Shown one piece after another: positions 58,359 through 64,000 of a stretch of DNA of 64,000 bases. The position numbers and the translations under genes are program-made. The notes beneath the pieces were generated by a model. The model did not search any database. It had not been told where the DNA came from and saw only the letters and a program-made list of their open reading frames with translations. Source of the DNA: Nitrosopumilus sp. GTDB lineage: Archaea > Thermoproteota > Nitrososphaeria > Nitrososphaerales > Nitrosopumilaceae. The stretch's first letter is position 1. Each line of letters starts with the position of its first letter. The stretch lies in NCBI GenBank assembly GCA_965249555.1, contig OZ252243.1, positions 1 through 64,000 on the forward strand, given 5' to 3'.

Positions 58359-58736
58359 ATGTATGTGGTTGAAGTAGAATTTTCACCAATAAAAAAAGTA
58401 ATTATACATGAAATCATAAAAGATGATTATAAAGAATTTATTGATTTGTTTAATCAACCAGGGAATAGAACAGATATAAGATGGGTTGAGGGAGTATTAT
58501 TTCATTTTGAATCTACACCAAAAACTCCGGATATCGTCAGAGACCAAATAAATGGAATAATTCATTGGGACGTTTTAAATTTTACAAAAATGGAAAAATT
58601 TCAAAATGAGATAAAACATCCTAAACATGGTGCAATTCTTCAAATTCTAAATAATTCAACAAATACTGTAACTGTAGAAATAATCAAATGGTTAAAAAAA
58701 CAACCATTATGGACCCATAAAGTAATTTTTAAATAA
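58359..58736 (+). CDS. Hypothetical protein (~125 aa) between the inverted IS copies
   Basis: ORF VEVEFSPIKKVIIHE...WVEGVLF; start moved outside the IS terminal repeat. Confidence 0.75.
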   Translation: MYVVEVEFSPIKKVIIHEIIKDDYKEFIDLFNQPGNRTDIRWVEGVLFHFESTPKTPDIVRDQINGIIHWDVLNFTKMEKFQNEIKHPKHGAILQILNNSTNTVTVEIIKWLKKQPLWTHKVIFK

Positions 58737-58882
58737 TACCATATAGTTTTTAATTATGATTTCCACCTATCCTGGTTGAAATTAGTGTATGGCTCTTTTG
58801 TCGAATAGATTATCATGTCGACCAGTTCTAAACTGGGTCATACACAATAATTTTTATTTTAGATTTATTACTATAATTTGTA

Positions 58883-58953
58883 GGGCCTGTCGTCTAGTGG
58901 TAAGACAAGGGAGTTAGAACCCCTAAACAAGGGTTCAATTTCCTTCAGGTCCA
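58883..58953 (+). tRNA. Atypical tRNA: anticodon UAG (Leu) on a class I body with Ala-type acceptor stem (G3.U70, A73)
   Basis: GGGCCTG TC GTCT AGTGGTA AGAC A AGGGA GT-TAG-AA CCCCT AAAC AAGGG TTCAATT TCCTT CAGGTCC A; AT box upstream and T-rich tract downstream. Confidence 0.8.
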
Positions 58954-58975
58954 TTTAATTTTATTAAAAAATACC

Positions 58976-59756
58976 TAAGACATGGGCATAATCAATTCTC
59001 ATTTTTAACCGATTTCTCAAATTATTCAAATAGAAAAAGCCAAGGATCTCAATCATGTTTTGTTCATTGGAATAGTGAATCAGCATCAGTTGATAGTTCA
59101 ATGCTAAAAGCTTCAGGTCCAGTATGGCACAAATCAGACATCAAAAAGAATCACTTGCCAATTGCAGGAATTGACACAAATACCAAGTGGGGATTCTCCA
59201 AATCAAAGGGTTGGGTGTATGGATACAAACTACACATGAGGTATAGTACGGGAAGACTAGTTGTTCCATTATCTGCATGTGTAACTGCTGCAAATGTCCA
59301 TGATAGCAAGCCATATGAGAAATTGATCGGGTCACTTTCTGGATTGATGAATAACATATGGTGTGATCCGGCATATGATGATTCCAAACCATACAAGTCA
59401 ACTAAGAATAATGCCATGAGATTAATCTGTCCAGTCAAAAAATACCCGTCTACGCCGCCAGCCAGAATAAAGTTGATAGGGTTTTACAATTCAGCAGTTG
59501 GTCGGAAATTATATTCTCAGAGAAAATCAATTGAACCACTCTTTGAAATAATCAAGGATACGTTTAGCATTAGAACAGTTCCGGTGAAAGGATTTGAGAA
59601 TATATAATCATTCGTGCTGATTTGCGTGCTGGCGTATCAGTTGGCAGTGTATTGTAATTGTGTAATTGGAAGTGGGAATCCAAGGATTGTGAAAAGAATG
59701 CTTTGTTGTTAGAGAAAAGTCTTGGTTTTTTTGTAAATCATTATGCCCAAGTCTCA
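58976..59756 (+). mobile_element. IS982/IS5-like DDE element, right copy (781 bp), inverted relative to 57565..58348
   Basis: Near-identical reverse complement with the same TIRs; premature stop near 59607. Confidence 0.88.
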
Positions 59757-59886
59757 TTGATATGCCTATTTTGTTATCATATGTGAGTGCGTCCTCAAAA
59801 TTTTCTCTTGTGTCTATTTTTTTTTTAAGTATTATCTGTTCCAAGCAATCCTGAAAATTTGGCATAATTTGACATTTATTTTCGAT

Positions 59887-60186
59887 CTAGTGTTTTATTT
59901 CATAATATTCAACTGAATGAGTAAACTGCCTGTTATGATCCACTTCTCTCCAGAATTTCTCTTCATCAATTTCTTTCCCTTCATTAATCCACACATTTAG
60001 AATTTTTTGCATGAATAGCTGAGTGCTTTCATCAATTTGTGGTCTGACTCCAGTCTCCCTCTCTATTCTATCTCTCTCTTCTTTGAATTTTTTCAGCAAT
60101 TCCTTAAGATTTTTACCGTTAATCTGGGCAGCTTTACCTGCCTTTGCAGCTTGTACTTCTTTTCGAAAATTGGATAGAAACCCCAT
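59887..60186 (-). CDS. Hypothetical protein (99 aa)
   Basis: Clean ATG ORF, divergent from gap. Confidence 0.8.
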   Translation of the reverse strand: MGFLSNFRKEVQAAKAGKAAQINGKNLKELLKKFKEERDRIERETGVRPQIDESTQLFMQKILNVWINEGKEIDEEKFWREVDHNRQFTHSVEYYEIKH

Positions 60187-60278
60187 AATGTTATCATTTT
60201 AGAAACTGTGGAGTATAAAATTCAAATGAAAAATAAAGAGTTTAGAATCTAAATAAATGGGCTCGTTATACAGAATTT

Positions 60279-61331
60279 ATGAAGAAAATTTTTGTGAATG
60301 GTTATGGATCTATTGGTAGCAGAATTACTTCTTTTCTTAAAGATGATCCTGAGATCACAGTTATTGGAGTTGCTAAATATTCCCCCGATGATAAAGTAGA
60401 GATTGCCAACTCTAGAGGGTTGAATGTATATGTGCCTGAAAGAAAATTAGATGATTTCTCAAATTGTAAAATTGCAGGGACTGTTGAATCTGCACTTGAT
60501 GGTTGTGATTTGGTAATTGATGCATCTCCAGGCGGATATGGATACAAAAACAAAAAAAATCTCTATGAGCCAAAAAATATTTCTGCTATTTATCAAGGAG
60601 GGGAATCAATCATTGGGTCTGAAGCAGTTTCTGATTTACTGTTTAATTCTAGGGTAAATTATGATCATGTTATAGGTAAACAACATGTGATGCAAGGTAG
60701 TTGCAATGTAACTGGAATGGGAAAAATTCTAGAACCATTACGTGACAAGTTTGGGGATCAACTGATTCGCTTTGATGTGACCCTTATTAGGAGGTGGGCA
60801 GATATTGAACAAATTGATGAATCCATTTCAGACACTATAGCGATGACAGAAAAACCTCATCATGGTGATGATGTTAAGATGTATTTTGGAAAGGATGCAC
60901 CACTTTTTGTTAGAGCAATAAAAGTTCCAACAAGACAAATGCATTTGCACATAATGGATATCCGATTCAAGAATTTAGCCCCAAAACCCTCTGAAATTCA
61001 TGAAATTTTTACAAATGAATTCGGTGTTGCTACCTTGTGGACTGCAAAGGGTACCAAAGATGTGAGAGACTATGCTCAAAATATGAGTTTTAATTTTACA
61101 GATACAAACATGATTCACATTCATGCTAACATGACAACTTCGATAGGGGATACAGTTCAAATGATGTATTCTGATGATCAAACAGGTATTGTGATTCCTG
61201 AAAACCATATGTTGATGCAAGCAATGCTATTTGAAAAATCATATGAAGACGCATTTGAGCATACAGAATCAATTTTTCACATAAAAGAAAAAAAGCAAAA
61301 ACTACAAGAACATTTTGCAAAAAAAGACTAG
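60279..61331 (+). CDS. gap: Type II (archaeal) glyceraldehyde-3-phosphate dehydrogenase
   Basis: VNGYGSIG Rossmann motif, YQGGE, catalytic SCN, RRWAD, HHGDDV and PEN. Confidence 0.93.
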   Translation: MKKIFVNGYGSIGSRITSFLKDDPEITVIGVAKYSPDDKVEIANSRGLNVYVPERKLDDFSNCKIAGTVESALDGCDLVIDASPGGYGYKNKKNLYEPKNISAIYQGGESIIGSEAVSDLLFNSRVNYDHVIGKQHVMQGSCNVTGMGKILEPLRDKFGDQLIRFDVTLIRRWADIEQIDESISDTIAMTEKPHHGDDVKMYFGKDAPLFVRAIKVPTRQMHLHIMDIRFKNLAPKPSEIHEIFTNEFGVATLWTAKGTKDVRDYAQNMSFNFTDTNMIHIHANMTTSIGDTVQMMYSDDQTGIVIPENHMLMQAMLFEKSYEDAFEHTESIFHIKEKKQKLQEHFAKKD

Positions 61332-62581
61332 TGTCTAATTCTTTCAATTCTAATTTTTTGAGGAATATTTTTTGAAACTTTTTCAACAATTATTCTAAGT
61401 TCTTTTAATTCTATCTTATCTCCTTCTTGTGGAATATCTTTGAGTCTTTCATGAAGTAGTCCATTAAGTGATGCATAATCATCTCCTTCTGGAATGTTGG
61501 TCTTGAAAATTTCATTAATAAGATCAATTTCAATATCACCATTAGTGATTATTGTATCTTGATCAATTTTTTCATATTCTGCTGGTCTAGGCAAGTCTGT
61601 TTCATCTTCAATTTCACCTACAATTTCTTCAACCAAGTCTTCTAAGGTAACCAAACCCTCTACACCATTATGTTCATCAACAACAATTGCCATGTGCGTT
61701 CTTCTTCCTTGCATCTCCTTTAACAAAGAACTGACCATCTTTTCTTGAGATGCAAAAACAGGTTTTCTTGCAATCTGTTCTAGACTTGTCATCTTGTTGT
61801 CTTTTTCCAATTCTTTAAGAATATCTCTTGCATGAATGAATCCCACAATGTCATCCTTTGTATTCCCATAAATTGGAATTCTTGAATGTCCACTTTGATT
61901 AATTTGTGGTAATGCTTCAAAAAGTAACATTTTTGAATTAAGTGTAAACATCTTTGTTCTAGGAGTCATTACAGAACGAATTACAGTATCATCAAATTTT
62001 AAAGCACCATGAACTAACTGCATCTCTTCTTTCTCAATTGCTTTTTCTGCTAATCCTTGATCAATAACTCCTTTGATATCTTCTTCAGTAATTGGTGGAG
62101 GGGCATAGCTACTCCCAGTTAACTTTACTACTCCTCGTGTAATAATCTCAAAAAATTTTACAACTGGGTAAAACACATAACTAAATGCTAATAACACCGG
62201 AGCATATCTTAGTGCAATTTTAGTGGAATTTGCATTACAATATGTCTTTGGAGTAATTTCACCAAATACAAGAATCAAAAATGTCATCACACCAATTGCA
62301 ATTCCCAATCCGTCATTTCCAAATAATCTGATTGCCAAACTTGTTGCAAGTGCAGAAGCTCCTACATTTACAAGGTTATTACCAAGATTTACACTTGACA
62401 TCATCCAACTTGGATTTGTTTTTAATTTGTGTAATGCTTTTGAGCCTTTTTTTCCTTCTTGAAAAAGTTGGATTACTTTCGATTTGCTAATTCCCACCAG
62501 TGCGACTTCTAAACCGCTAAAAAATCCAGATAGTCCGATGAGAGCAGATAATGTTACAATTTCAACCCATAAATCTACCAT
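61328..62581 (-). CDS. Hemolysin-family CNNM/CBS/CorC protein
   Basis: SGFFSGLEVAL, GEITPK, VMTPR, HSRIPIY, VVDEH.G..GLVTLEDLVEEIVGEI.DE. Confidence 0.93.
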   Translation of the reverse strand: MVDLWVEIVTLSALIGLSGFFSGLEVALVGISKSKVIQLFQEGKKGSKALHKLKTNPSWMMSSVNLGNNLVNVGASALATSLAIRLFGNDGLGIAIGVMTFLILVFGEITPKTYCNANSTKIALRYAPVLLAFSYVFYPVVKFFEIITRGVVKLTGSSYAPPPITEEDIKGVIDQGLAEKAIEKEEMQLVHGALKFDDTVIRSVMTPRTKMFTLNSKMLLFEALPQINQSGHSRIPIYGNTKDDIVGFIHARDILKELEKDNKMTSLEQIARKPVFASQEKMVSSLLKEMQGRRTHMAIVVDEHNGVEGLVTLEDLVEEIVGEIEDETDLPRPAEYEKIDQDTIITNGDIEIDLINEIFKTNIPEGDDYASLNGLLHERLKDIPQEGDKIELKELRIIVEKVSKNIPQKIRIERIRH

Positions 62582-62733
62582 GATATCCTCCGAAAAAATT
62601 TCTTAGAACAACTACACAAATTATTCATTTAGTTTTTTAACACCATCTTTTGGGTATAATATTTTTGTAAAACTTGGATTTAACTCTTGAGATATTATGA
62701 CTGTTCAAAATTAATTAGAACCAGAAGACGAGC

Positions 62734-64000
62734 CTAATTTTTTGGCGGTTTTGCAAATTTATTTTCAGGATTGTTATGATATTCTACAGGAAGCATTGCA
62801 TCTTTTTGTCGGCCTGTGAGAATTCCAACTACTACGTCATCTTTTTTGATTATGCCTTCATTGATTAATTTCTTAATTCCTACAACTGTTGCCCCTGATG
62901 CCATCTCACAATCAAAACCATTTAGACCTACCACAGACATGCCATCAAGCATCTCGGAGTCTGAAACTGTTGTTACTATCCCATTTGTAAATTCCAATGC
63001 ACGTAAACCTTTCAAAATATTTGTAGGTCTACCAATTTGTATTGCAGTAGCTTTGGTTTTGGGGCGTATTCCTTCTTTATCTAAATGATCATAGTATCTT
63101 GATATTAATTCAGTATCGGGCTTACCTTTATTCCATCTAAGTTCTTCACCTTCAAACTTTCCATTATACAAATCAGATAATGTATTTGCACCTTCAGAAT
63201 TTATGACTGCAATTCGTGGGATTTTTTTAATCCAACCCCATTCATACAATTCAATTAATGCCTTTCCACAACTTGAAGTATTTCCTAAAGCCCCTCCTGG
63301 ATAGACAATCCAATCTGGAGCTTCCCAATTAAGATATTCCAATGCTCTAAATGGAATTGTTTTTTGTCCCTCAATTCTAAATGGATTAATAGAGTTTACA
63401 GTATATCCGTCATGATTTTGTACATTTTCTAATGATTGTTTTAATGCATCATCAAAATTTCCATCAACTTCTACAATTTGAGCTCCAAATTGATATGCTT
63501 GACTAAGTTTTCCTGGAGCAATTTGACCTGCAGGAATATAGACATCACAGTTCATACCCTCATTTGCAGCAAACATTCCTGCAGAAGCTGATGTATTACC
63601 AGTTGATGCACAAACAATTCTTTTTGCACCAATCATTTTTGCATGAGTAACAGCAGTAGCCATACCGTTATCTTTGAAAGAACCACTTGGATTGTATCCT
63701 TCAGGCTGTAACCATAAATTTTCATTTGAGGTTCCTGCAAATTTTGCAGCTTTTGACATTTGATATGGCTTTGATTGTCTTCCTTCTGCCCCGTCAAGTG
63801 ATACTAGATATTTTGAACACTCTTCAATATTTTCAGTATCTATCTGACAAAAATTTATTAATTCTCTAAATCTCCAAACCCCACTTTCATTGAAAATATT
63901 TCCTTGTGAATTTCGTCTTTTGTAAAATACTTCCTTTAAGGTATCTGATGGCTTGTTTTTGTATTTTACATCTAACATGTGACCTTGTTCACATTGTACA
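62734..64000 (-). CDS. thrC: Threonine synthase (5' end outside the window)
   Basis: NPSGSFKD PLP lysine, CASTGNTSAS, NSINPFRIEGQKT and ATAIQIG. Confidence 0.93.
   Translation of the reverse strand, partial: VQCEQGHMLDVKYKNKPSDTLKEVFYKRRNSQGNIFNESGVWRFRELINFCQIDTENIEECSKYLVSLDGAEGRQSKPYQMSKAAKFAGTSNENLWLQPEGYNPSGSFKDNGMATAVTHAKMIGAKRIVCASTGNTSASAGMFAANEGMNCDVYIPAGQIAPGKLSQAYQFGAQIVEVDGNFDDALKQSLENVQNHDGYTVNSINPFRIEGQKTIPFRALEYLNWEAPDWIVYPGGALGNTSSCGKALIELYEWGWIKKIPRIAVINSEGANTLSDLYNGKFEGEELRWNKGKPDTELISRYYDHLDKEGIRPKTKATAIQIGRPTNILKGLRALEFTNGIVTTVSDSEMLDGMSVVGLNGFDCEMASGATVVGIKKLINEGIIKKDDVVVGILTGRQKDAMLPVEYHNNPENKFAKPPKN

Overview
Archaeal window, most likely Nitrosopumilaceae/Thaumarchaeota. 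The taxonomy is inferred from a type II GAPDH, a TFB-like gene, TATA boxes and archaeal pilin-like genes. About 39 kb is taken by two giant secreted fibronectin-III/Ig surface proteins (~6,520 and 6,343 aa) that share a near-identical ~1.25 kb 3' end; the first contains a ~60-unit homogenised Fn3 tandem array. Between and after them lie IS110, IS5 and IS982-like remnants, an AT-rich ATPase + TOPRIM-like gene pair, and a co-oriented island (pilin-like, ParB-like, TFB-like and cupredoxin-thermonuclease genes). Core genes follow (gap, CBS/hemolysin, thrC). Two signals stand out. (1) At least five scattered scars consist of a unique 32-39 bp insert between two direct copies of a 35-41 bp target. 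This is the geometry of CRISPR spacer acquisition, but at non-CRISPR sites, and three scars add new 13-aa peptides in frame to the giant adhesin. (2) A tRNA with an alanine-type acceptor stem (G3.U70, A73) but a Leu anticodon (UAG) and no long variable arm lies between two inverted IS copies. No cas gene or CRISPR array is present in the window.
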